From: Octopus bimaculoides
Taxonomy: Eukaryota
Length of the DNA: 64,000 bases
Assembly: GCF_001194135.2 (NCBI RefSeq)
Contig: NC_068982.1
Location: 117,794,454 to 117,858,453, forward strand
Reading direction: 5' to 3'
Shown here: positions 53,236 through 64,000 of the stretch, in pieces
Position numbering within the stretch: the first letter of the stretch is position 1
How the letters are laid out: every line of letters starts with the position of its first letter
Made by a program: the position numbers and the translations under genes
The notes under the pieces: generated by a model
What the model was told of the DNA's origin: nothing
The model's database searches: none
The model's input: the letters and a program-made list of their open reading frames with translations, nothing else

Positions 53236-53699
53236 CTTTTTACAAACTTCCATGACACATACACGCGCATACACACACATGCACACACGCAAACGTACAC
53301 ACACACATATGATTGAAACCAGCAGTTTGATTAGGATTCCGAAGTACTTAATCAGTAGCAGTGCTGGTATTGGCTACGGGAGTTTCGAATCACACGCAAG
53401 CAGTACCAGCAAAACAATCCCATCAATTTGAGTAAGTGTTGATCAATTTTACACTTTATATTAACCTATTACTATTTTTTTTTCACCATCCTTTCATGGC
53501 GCAATTTTCTATCATTTATCCACATCTCCCCTCATCCCATTTCCCATCATATCTCTGTTCTCGTACTGTTACCAGATATTCCGCTATCACCACCATGTTG
53601 TTCACCTTGTTCACTCTCAGTTATTCTCCACGTGTGTTATGCGCCTCGCTCATAAACTTTTGATTTGAAATTAGACGATGAATATATGAAAGTCTGAGT

Positions 53700-54140
53700 T
53701 CCATGACATATGTTTATTAAATATTTTTTCCCATGCTGCAAACCGCTAACTGTTGTGCAGCTCAAGGAAAGATATCTGTCAGTTTCTGCATATCCTCACC
53801 GCTGTGGGCCCTATTATCGGCGTACAACCTCTTTCCCACCAGATAGTGGGCACGTATTGCTTTATATCCTGGAGCATTGAACAGATCCGCATCATGCTGC
53901 ATCTGGATGTAACCCCCCACCCCTCCGACTCTCTCGAACCCCCATTTGTCACTGCAAATCGATTTGTCACTGCAAATATTCGTTTAGAATATTGCTATCT
54001 TCTTACCTCCACACTGGATCTCTACACTATTACACATCATATAATCAATATTGTTAAACAATCCTTGAAGTAATATACTTCACATCGTCAAATTATGTCT
54101 CCTGAACAGTTGCGTTTGGCTGTAACGAAAGATGCCAACG
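53700..54140 (+). mobile_element. possible decayed PLE 3' region ending in an HHR-like motif
   Basis: CSSRKDICQFL..I.G resembles the pre-GIY-YIG zinc knuckle. It ends in CTGAACA-GTTGC..GTAAC-GAAA. Confidence 0.3.
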
Positions 54141-54548
54141 TTCATTAAAATCTTTTACTCAGAGTTATGTAAATTAAAACTTCAACATAACCATATTTAT
54201 ATTGTTACATATCTCACTTTGCCGGAATATATGTAGGTGTATGAGTATACGCAATGCTGTTTGCCTAACAATAAATTAGAGTTTAATGTACGCATCAATT
54301 TATACATTTCTGTTTGTATATATAGATATATGTAAATTTTCTATTTTTAATTATTCAAATTCTTCCTGCATGGAGACAGCTGGTTTCAAACAAAGATTCA
54401 AAAATTCATCATTGAATGTACACTACAAAAATGTCATATGTTGATGTTGAGAAAAGTCTTGCATAATTGTACTGTTTCACTCACTGTATTTCTAATGTAT
54501 TTGATTTCTTTTTTCTGAAATCACCAGTATATCTAGATTGTCACTTAC

Positions 54549-54672
54549 ACATTTACTAACTAAAGCAAGTGCACTAAATATTATTGCTATAAATGAGAAT
54601 GTGTAAACTATAGAATTTGAAGGAGCTCTCAGTAATGATCCATTTTGATTTGGAAGAGATACACATTCCTGC
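54549..54672 (-). CDS. candidate exon with TM-like segment (QECVSLPNQNGSLLRAPSNSIVYTFSFIAIIFSALALVSKC)
   Basis: Donor gtaagt, moderate acceptor ttgtttgtgacag, open frame. Confidence 0.3.
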
Positions 54673-54863
54673 CTGTCACAAACAACTATATGCAGCCTAT
54701 TGCGCTTGCACTATGTCAAAATTGAGATAGGAATATTTACCAATTTTCTTTGTGATAATATTTATATATGTTTCCAGCAACAGGAATGATTCTCTATTTA
54801 TTCCAACAAAGTATTGGTTATGAATGGTATTGTATGACGTTTCAGCGAGAGTGTGTATACCTG

Positions 54864-54934
<71 letters not shown>

Positions 54935-55908
54935 TTCGTATGTGTATTTGGTGTGCAAGATTCTTGATGTGTATACAAAACAACGCCAAAACAACGCCAG
55001 ATCATACATTCAAAATAAATGGAATTGGAGAGACGAGTTACTGAAGAGATTGCAAGAGTGCAATGAAATAATTTAACAAAAAACTATATAAATTAATAAG
55101 GGACTGAACCAGTGCGTGTGTTTATTACCGGTATAATGCCTCCCCCAAGGTTTAATTGTATATATATATATATATATATTTATATGTATTTTGTAATATG
55201 TGTGTATATGTATACATACAGACAGACGTACTTATATACACCCATACATAAATGCACACATACTTTTATACATACATACATATATACATTAAAAAAAAAA
55301 CTTGCCCATACACGGACGCGATGAAAGACACCAGAATATTTGTGAGCGCGAACAGTGTCAAGAGTGCTAAGAGTATAATTTACAATGATAATATGATTGT
55401 AAATGGTATCGTAACTTTGTAATTTCCGATAGTTAACATTTCTCGACTCAGCAGGATATATTTCTAATCACAATGAAAGATTAGCTGCTACTAAAAATGA
55501 AAGAAATGAAATCTAAAATTTTAAATTACTAACAGTTGTGAATATCATAGTCGTCATCAAATTTAAAATCTTGTGCAATTACAAATCTGTTATCTTTTCC
55601 AGTATTTGATACTGATTTCAATTCAAAGTTTAATGAGAAATATTAATCTCACTATCATCATATCAAAATAAATATTCCAAAGAAGAGTTAAATTTACAAA
55701 AGTTATAAAAGATTCTTTGGAATCGTTTCTCACCCTGATTTCATATTTCCAATAACGTTTTGCTTCGTTTCACAACATTTTTAATATAAAATGAATAGAG
55801 TTGAAATGATCAATACCACCGTCATAGCGAGGTATATTTAAATATAATTTACAGTTTATATTACACACACACACACATACACAATCACCACACACACATA
55901 CATAATCA

Positions 55909-55972
<64 letters not shown>

Positions 55973-55995
55973 ATATAAACTGTACGATATATAAT

Positions 55996-56340
55996 GAAGG
56001 TGCATGACTTAGTTGATAGAGCCATGGGCTCACAATCATGAGATAGTGAGTTTGATTCCCAGATCGGGCTGTATGTTGTATTCTTGGGCAAGACACTTTA
56101 TTTCACTTTGCTCCAGTTCATTCAGCCATATAACTGACTTGCAACGTCACTAGTGCCAGTCAGTATCGGCCATTCCCTTTCCCTTGGACAACGTTGCTGG
56201 CGTGGTAAAAGGAGGCTGGTATGCATGGGCGACTGCTGGTGTTCTATAAGCAACCTCCCTCGGACTTGTGCCTTGGAGGGGAATCTTCTAGATGCAGTCA
56301 AAATACATGGACACAGACTATTACATCCCCGTTTATAACA
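55996..56340 (+). mobile_element. tRNA-derived SINE (family D)
   Basis: Decayed A box (tgacttagttg), B box (gagtttgattcc), then tcttgggcaagacactttatttcac, a conserved-core-like block. Confidence 0.75.
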
Positions 56341-57845
56341 GAGCTCTATGTTGATCATAGTGCAGTTTGTAAAAAGGCCCCTTTTTAGACATATAATATG
56401 GTTACCGTTGCAAGAGCTAAAATTCATAAGAAAACTCATGTTTCAGATCTTGTGAATGGCATCAGTTGATATTGGATTAGAGGCTAGATCTGGGGCTCGA
56501 GTAACGATAATTTTAGAATAAAAGCCCTAATAATCCAGAAAGTGAGCCAGCAAAACACCAACACGTATACCTATACAGTCACACACACGCTCATACACAC
56601 ACATACACACATACATTTAAATATATACATTCATTCGAAGATTCATATTTCTATCGACAAAGTTCGTGTGATCGATCAAGTATCAAGTAAATAAATGCAG
56701 ATGGCAATGACATTTTAGTTATGTGTATTATGAAACTATATTACATAATAATTTTGGCAGTTATTTGATCATAACCATCGAAGAAATACGGTACGTAAAC
56801 ATTTAAAGTAACATTAAGAAGACCTATTTTTAATGAATTACAACGCATCAATATAGAATAAAGTTACACGTCTAACCGAGGAGATGAATCTCAGACACAA
56901 AGTTTGTAGAGTTGAACCTATGCGATATGTTACACAGCTGTAAGAAGAGAGAAAACTTATGTACAGATATAAGTATAAATAATTTTTTTTCACCCTCGCT
57001 TGTACACAGCTTAAATGTATCATCGTATACAAATGCACACACACTTAAACACACAAACAGAGGTTTACACACAGTAGCATACACAAACATGTAGTTTCTA
57101 ATAACTTTAAAAAGGATGGAGTTGTTATCTGATGATTGAAAAAACTGAGATCTGATATTCATATTCCAATGTCTTATAACGTTATTAGAATGAATAAATA
57201 GCTCTCCGTTTGTATTGTTGGTCTTCTGCAAGGAATCAAAGAAATACTTTTCTAATTGGCAGACATCAGGAATCATCAAATAGCAACTTGTCTATAAGAA
57301 ATAATCGCAACGCATCGGGAGATTTAGCTTTCATTGAAGTGTCTCACATAAAGGTGCAAGCACTGAGCTGTAACAAAGTACCCTTACACCGGTATACAAC
57401 ATATATGAACCCATAATGAACTGAATTGTGCTCTGAGAGGATGGAAAGCAACAACGATCAGATATCATATTCAAATCTGATAGAACGTATTAAGAATTAA
57501 TAGATAATACATATGAAAATATCAATAAAATTTAGTAATTGCAAATTGTAGGGTATTCTAGAGTATTATTGTGTTGGATAAATTTAAATGAATTTAGCAC
57601 GCGCACATTCGTTTTGAAATCACCGATACTTTATTATCTCCCCTTCTTTTTACCTCTCCTGTCAAAACTTACTTTTCTCAAAACTTTTTTTTTCTTCATT
57701 CTCTGTTTCTTTTCTGTTAATTCCTTTCTGTTGAAGAGCGCAGGCTCAAAACGTAGGGCTTTCTCACTTTCCACAGCGTCAATCTAAAGTACCTGCTTGT
57801 TGTACATAAACCTGTCTTCGTCTTTTGTTTTTCTGTCAATTTCAA

Positions 57846-57921
<76 letters not shown>

Positions 57922-58087
57922 NNNNNNNNNNNNNNNNNNNNNNNNNNNNNNNNNNNNNNNNNNNNNNNNNNNNNNNNNNNNNNNNNNNNNNNNNNNNNNN
58001 NNNNNNNNNNNNNNNNNNNNNNNNNNNNNNNNNNNNNNNNNNNNNNNNNNNNNNNNNNNNNNNNNNNNNNNNNATATATATGTTTAT

Positions 58088-58133
<46 letters not shown>
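58088..58133. repeat. (GATA)n microsatellite
   Basis: Direct reading. Confidence 0.95.
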
Positions 58134-58135
<2 letters not shown>

Positions 58136-58591
58136 GACAGATACATAGATATGCATGTTGGCAATAATTATAACAATATCGAATGTGGAGATAATTTATT
58201 TACAATTTTCTACACCATAAATTCACGTTTTTATGGCCTACATGTGTTTCCACTGCACAGATTATGCGCAGTTCCACATGTCACCGAGCATAATTTTCTA
58301 GGCAGCTTCGTTCAGAGCCTGTCCACCAGAGGGTCTTGAAGTTAACGTAACCTTGAACATAACTGCGAGTCGCCACGTCATCCTCCCCGGTATTATATCT
58401 TCTAAATTCACTCAACGCACACTCAAACTCACACATACACACACAAAACCCCATACACAAATGCAAACATTATATGTCTGTGTATGTATGTATCAATATA
58501 TGTATATGTATATATATGTATGTATATATATATGTGTGTGTGTGTATATATGTATGTATATATTTATATCTATCTATCTGTCCATATATAT

Positions 58592-58633
<42 letters not shown>

Positions 58634-58809
58634 NNNNNNNNNNNNNNNNNNNNNNNNNNNNNNNNNNNNNNNNNNNNNNNNNNNNNNNNNNNNNNNNNNN
58701 NNNNNNNNNNNNNATATATATAAATGATATATATATAAATGATATATTTTCGTAATGAGATAAAAGAAAACCAAGGCTGTGTATAATATAAATCATTTAT
58801 AAATCGAAT

Positions 58810-58857
58810 GTCTTACAGCTGTTTCCAGGATAGTTATTATATCCCTTCATCGGAGAC
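58810..58857 (-). ncRNA. near-intact minimal type I hammerhead ribozyme (U4C core variant)
   Basis: GUCU-CCGAUGA-AGGGAUA-uaauaac-UAUCCUG-GAAAC-AGCU-GUA-AGAC: stem I GUCU/AGAC, stem II, palindromic helix III ACAGCUGU, GUA cleavage triplet. Confidence 0.75.
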
Positions 58858-58869
58858 GGTGTCGGAGGA

Positions 58870-60130
58870 TGATTAAGCAATAGTTAGTTTAGTTAACATA
58901 GGAAAAAGAGTGTGACTGTAGGGATATTGTTTTTGTAAATCCATTGTTTAGGCAGAATGCTATACATATAAGATTCCAATACCTTGTGGGTAAGATCCAA
59001 TTGTTTTTAAGGTTGGTCGTTGGCTTTGTAAATCCATTATTAAGATTCCAATACCTTATGAGTAAAGTCCAATAGTCTTTGAAATTGGTCATTCCAAATA
59101 CAGAGTTTATACACACTGTTATTGAATCAATGGTTCTGTTCAAAGTGACCTAAAAGCAAGGAAGAAAGTAATAGAAGGAATACAAATAAAGAGATAGGGT
59201 TAAGTGAACCAGAATGGTCAGTGAATATAATAAGCAGGTAGGAATTGGAGGTTAAGAGTGAAGAAGAGGGAAATATATTAGAATGCAGAAATATAGAAGG
59301 AATGGCGCGGTTATGGAGAGAGATATATAAAGCATTAAGGAATGTCAATTGTGGTAGTGGAGTCTAGATGAAGGGGTAGAGCAAAGAATTAGGATGGTTG
59401 GACATGTCAGCTGTAGTGTTGTTAGAAATAAAGACATGTGTACGCATGTATGTATTAGACCTGTATACACACACACACACACACACACGTATATGTATGC
59501 ATATACATTTTTTATTGATACAGATCATTATATTTATCAATATCTACACATATAGTTGGTACACATATGTATATACCCACACATATATACGCATATGCCC
59601 ACACATACATGCATCTGCTTGTCCTATCGCCCCTGTACATGCCTGTATATATACCGTGTATACATACATAAATTCACACATACAAACGCCCATACGTATG
59701 TGCATACACGCATGCACATACAAACACACGCACATATGTATGGATGCACACACATATCAATATATTTAGAAGGCTGTGAAATTCGAGTATGAGTATTAGT
59801 GAGTAGTTAGATAGGGGTTAGAAGTCAAAACATAAATTTATAAGGTCATAGGGATTATAATACTTTTCATCTAATACTAAACATCTAATCACTCTATGAC
59901 GTCTGTAACTCACCATACAAGTTTTTTTTCCTGAAACAAGCCCCTGTTTATGTCTAAAATGTTATAGGAGGTCCTTTATTGGTACATAGTAGTAAGGTGA
60001 GTCAAAGCTCTATTTAGTGATGGAAGATCGGTAGTTGAAGAGAATAAACTACTCTTTCGAATTATGTTATTTATAATTGAAGTTTCTTACTGTATCAAAT
60101 AACTAACTGCTGTTATATTAAACTATGAAT
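58870..60130 (-). mobile_element. probable non-autonomous/decayed PLE body upstream of the hammerhead
   Basis: Pyrimidine-rich minus strand, internal direct duplications, weak NILDIN..GELQTS (about FLDI..GxLxT) motif. Confidence 0.3.
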
Positions 60131-61277
60131 TGTGCATGAAAGTTATTATCGAATAGGAAACTAATATGAGGTGAGCCCGAGTATATTGACCAAAATATCC
60201 TTAGAAAAAAATATATACTGGATGATAGAGCCAGAATCACTTCATCAGTGCTACGGCTTACATTGTATTGATTTTTGTTATTCCTTTTATACAAGGACTA
60301 ACAAGGAGCAGAATTCGAAAACTCCAATTGTTCACCGTAAACCTATGTCTAACACTGCATAGCCTCTATTATTTACCACCTTCCTGAAGAAGTAGTGTAG
60401 TTTTGATTATATATATTTTCATTTATCGTTGCAGAGCTATAAGGAATCTGCATATATGTTTGTCGTAAAAAAAAAAATGACCATGAAAATGTGTTAATTC
60501 TCTTTCCCTTTTTGCATCCTAGTGAATATTCTACCTTAGATTTCATGAGAATTATTAACAAAAGGAACTGCGCTATTTTAAAGAAGGTTGGAAAGAGGCC
60601 AGAGTCATTCCTCTTATAATCTGTTCATCTGCTAACATTTTTTCCTCTAAATGCTACTTCTATTCTTCCTGCAATTTCTGAAGGCTATTCTGTCGTTTAT
60701 TCATTTATTACTCCTTCTACTGACATTTATTAAAACGTCTATGTTCTTCTCTGAATATCTCTTACGTAAGTACCTCTGTTAATAAATGTTCTATATGTGA
60801 TATACTAATAAATGATCAATTTTCTTTCTATAACTTTTTCAATATCAGGCAAATTCTTATTGTTAACCATATTGAAGCATCTCTTGTGTCATTTCGATAT
60901 ATAGATGTATCATAATATTTTCAAAAAATGCTTAAACATTTTATTCAGTAACTACGAGCAGATATATGTCTTTCAACTTTCCATTTCCTACCTTTGTCAA
61001 TTAGTTTTAAGTCTTTGTTTCGTGATGGTCAGAAGCTTTTTCGACGTAATACTTCGCCTGCTTTATACACAGAAATGCATTATTATTATTTTTTTTTGCC
61101 CTGGCATTTATCTGATATTGTGAACTGTTTGTGTTTTGTCCAATGGCCAGTCTTATGTTATTATTTCTTTCTTTTCTTTCAAAGATATGAAGGAAACATT
61201 CTGGTTCAATTGAAAAGCGTTTCAGTTTAAACTGGTTTCTTTCGTAGACTTTTTCTAATATCTTAATACTTGACATT

Positions 61278-61345
61278 ACAACGGCGGTGCATCAGCATGG
61301 CCGCAGCTCTGAGCTGAAACTATAAAAAAGAATAAAAAAGAACAT
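61278..61345 (+). mobile_element. SINE 3' tail fragment
   Basis: cagcatggccgcagctctgagctgaaac followed by an aaaaaagaat tail. Confidence 0.5.
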
Positions 61346-61539
61346 TACCCCGTGCATTGATCTTTTACTCAAAGCTTTATATTATACCGTTTCTCTAAAC
61401 TACCAAAATGTTCTACTTCCTTTATTTTTTCCTGCACGCTTAGCCTAAATTATATCTTTTCTGTGCTATTAATCTTCGTTAACACCCTGCCACTAATCTT
61501 CGTTAATATCCATATTTTCAATCTATTACTTGCTCATTT

Positions 61540-62110
61540 CTTTTTAAGCTCGTCTTATAAATGGCATGTTGGCAAATAAATTAGTACTTGCTAATATCAA
61601 TATCTTAGTATCTCGTGTGTTTTTGAGGATAATCCAATAAATTACAACGTTCAGTCTTTGTATTTTTCTTGAAATAGTGGTTTGAAACTATTTTCTCATT
61701 TTAACGAATTGTAAGGCCCAGGGTTACTTTAGCTCTTACCTCATTTTTGCAAGGATCTCTTGCTGACTGTCTACACGTTTGTCCGTTTACAATTCCAAGT
61801 TACCTATCATTCCGCATACTTGTACACAATAATTCTTGGCTCATCTAAGTGTATTGCTTTCTAAGTGCATTGCCTTCTAAGTGTTTTGCCTTCTAAATGT
61901 ATTGCCTTCTAAGTGTATAGCCCTCTGAGTTTCTTCTTATAATTCTTGTAACTCTCCGTTTATTTTATTCTTTTTCACAGAATTCTTTGAATATGTTGAT
62001 TCATGATACAAGGCTTGTAATTTTTTGTGCACTGTTAAATCCTCCAATTTTATTCCACATATTCCGCAATCTTTCCAAAATCGATGCTTATTTAACTCAC
62101 TTCTTAAATA
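61540..62110 (-). mobile_element. possible decayed RLE-LINE RT N-terminal fragment
   Basis: Weak resemblance only. Confidence 0.2.
61845..61924. repeat. 16-bp minisatellite (ctaagtgtattgcctt) x5
   Basis: Units start at 61845, 61861, 61877, 61893 and 61909. Confidence 0.93.
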
Positions 62111-62567
62111 ACAAAAAGCTGTTATTCGCTAATCAGTCGTAATCCCTAAGAGAGTGCAAAGAAAATATACATATATGATTTAAATAGCATTATGTGGGTC
62201 ACAAACGTTCTCATAAAAGCAGTTAGAGCAATATATAACAGATTTCGAAGAGAAGTTTTCTCAGTTGAAAAGTAGGAGACATACAACAGGCTAAAATTGT
62301 TGCACGTATCGGTGCTCGCATACATTTGTGTACTAGTATAAAGTACAAAGAATTATAGGGATAACATGATGGCCATTGGAAATGATATGGCTGCCTCATT
62401 GTGGGTAAAGAAGTATAGGCGGTTAGCTAGAAGAGGGCAGATACGAGGTATCATGTGGTTAAGAGACGTGGAATCTTGCTATTCCTGCCCTTGGTTAGAG
62501 TCCGCCATTTATATTGAATTTCGTCCCAGGCTAGTCTTTTGTGTAGCTTTGCAAATTCATTTTATTA

Positions 62568-62569
62568 TA

Positions 62570-62606
<37 letters not shown>

Positions 62607-62674
62607 TTACTACTACTACTACTAGTGCTGCTGCTGCTAAAACTACTACTACTACTACTGCTGCTGCTGCTAAA

Positions 62675-62719
<45 letters not shown>

Positions 62720-62740
62720 GTTGTTGTTATTGTTGCTATC
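62568..62740. repeat. compound (ACT)/(GCT)/(GTT) microsatellite
   Basis: Direct reading. Confidence 0.95.
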
Positions 62741-62769
62741 ATTATTATATTCAACAGATTTGGCTGTTA

Positions 62770-63840
62770 GAAAAGAAATGATTCCTAACATCAGGCTACA
62801 ATAAGTAAACTTTGATGCCAAGAACTCTTCTAAGTATCCTAGCTGTCCCTAATAACATTGTTTTCTAGAGCTTTGCTAAACTGGGTTTTATGCATATTTC
62901 CTCTATCCATTTGTTCAGATCTTTAGGGATAGTTCCGAATGCAGCTATAACTACTAAGATACATTTTAATCACACTTTCCATACTCTCTGTAATTCATTG
63001 TTTACGTGCTGGTACTTTGCTATTTATCTATACCTCTCATATTGATTTTTTTCAACATTGGGGACCGTAAAGTGAATTATCTGGAACGTTCTCTTCTCTT
63101 TATCTACTGCTACTAAATGAGGCATTCTAGCTTCTGTCAGTTTGAATGTTAAAGTTCCACAACATCTCGTATTTCTTACGTTCTAGTATTTTAATAGCTT
63201 CATGCTTGTAGCATTTATTGGTAAGTTCAAATCTTAGCTTTCTGCAAAGCTCTCAGTCAATTGTTCTCCCTATATTGTCATGTATTTTGTATTCTTTCAA
63301 TGCCCGTGTGCTTATGTCACCTCCTATGTGAGTAACGTTTCCCTCTTTTGATTTGCATAATCTCGATTGGGAATCTACTTGGTTCTTATCTACTGTATTT
63401 TATTCAATTAGTCCTTAATGCTTGATCTTTGTGCTGCTACTCTCACACTTTCTGTTTCCCCTCTTCAGCTTTCCCTTCTCCAGTCAGAGCCATGTCTCAC
63501 TACTACTATTTGCTTAAACTATCTTTGAGAATCTACCATGCCATGCCTTCTCCCGCAGTCAAATAACTTCTGTTATTTATTCAGGTTTTTATGTTCGTTT
63601 GATATTTTGGCTTCCTCGTGTCTTGTTGTGACCTAGCAGCTTTTAATTAACTTTCTTCACTATTACCTACATAAGAGTCTACATCTACGCTAGCTCACTC
63701 CATGCAATCTTCAATTGATATTAAACAACTTCCTCCTCCCTTTCTAGGTTGGTATAATCTTGTTACTCCTGCCCTTGCGTGGAGTCCTCCATTTATATTG
63801 AATTCCTTCCTACTTCTGTCTAGCTTTCTTAATTCAGATG
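62770..63840 (-). mobile_element. decayed 5'-truncated Dong/R4-like LINE (C-terminal zinc knuckle and RLE)
   Basis: WHGRF, AAQRSSI/AAQDQAL region, KIHDNI, MLWNFNIQTD, KYQH..ELQRVWKV, VVIAAFGTIPK, TMLLGTARILRRVL. Confidence 0.8.
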
Positions 63841-63842
63841 AT

Positions 63843-63903
<61 letters not shown>

Positions 63904-63950
63904 GCTGCTGCTGATGCTGCTGCTGCTGCTGCTTTATCTCCTCCTCCTCT

Positions 63951-64000
<50 letters not shown>
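63843..64000. repeat. compound (CTA)/(CTG)/(ATT) microsatellite
   Basis: Direct reading. Confidence 0.97.

Noticed and set aside
53303-54389. 11-14 bp inverted match ttgaaaccagc / gctggtttcaa, possible TIRs
   Set aside because: Too short, with no TSD; the right copy is better explained as part of an HHR-like motif.
56872-57279. 135-aa minus ORF
   Set aside because: It runs into TG-rich repeat, and no good donor or recognisable motif is present.
60215-60250. Minus strand CTGATGA-A-GTGAT..ATCAT-C
   Set aside because: No GAAA or helix III follows.

Overview
AT-rich, microsatellite-dense eukaryotic genomic DNA with 8 assembly gaps. The SINE families and repeat content suggest an octopod cephalopod (inference, not a database result). 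No complete protein-coding gene is supportable, only a few candidate exons (best: 12860-12936, minus strand). Most of the window is decayed mobile elements: at least five clear (plus several heavily decayed) Penelope-like element (PLE) fragments from at least three lineages (RT and GIY-YIG motifs), four mariner transposons (one full length with TIRs and TA target sites), Dong/R4-like RT/RLE LINE fragments sitting in trinucleotide microsatellites, several tRNA-derived SINEs and a MITE/foldback element. The main hidden signal is a set of type I hammerhead ribozyme (HHR) motifs. One is nearly intact (58810-58857, minus, with a U4C core variant). One lies in the 3' part of a tRNA-headed SINE, which makes it retrozyme-like (39830-40650). 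Several decayed ones lie at PLE ends. There are also several long inverted repeats, including a SINE hairpin whose two arms share private variants.
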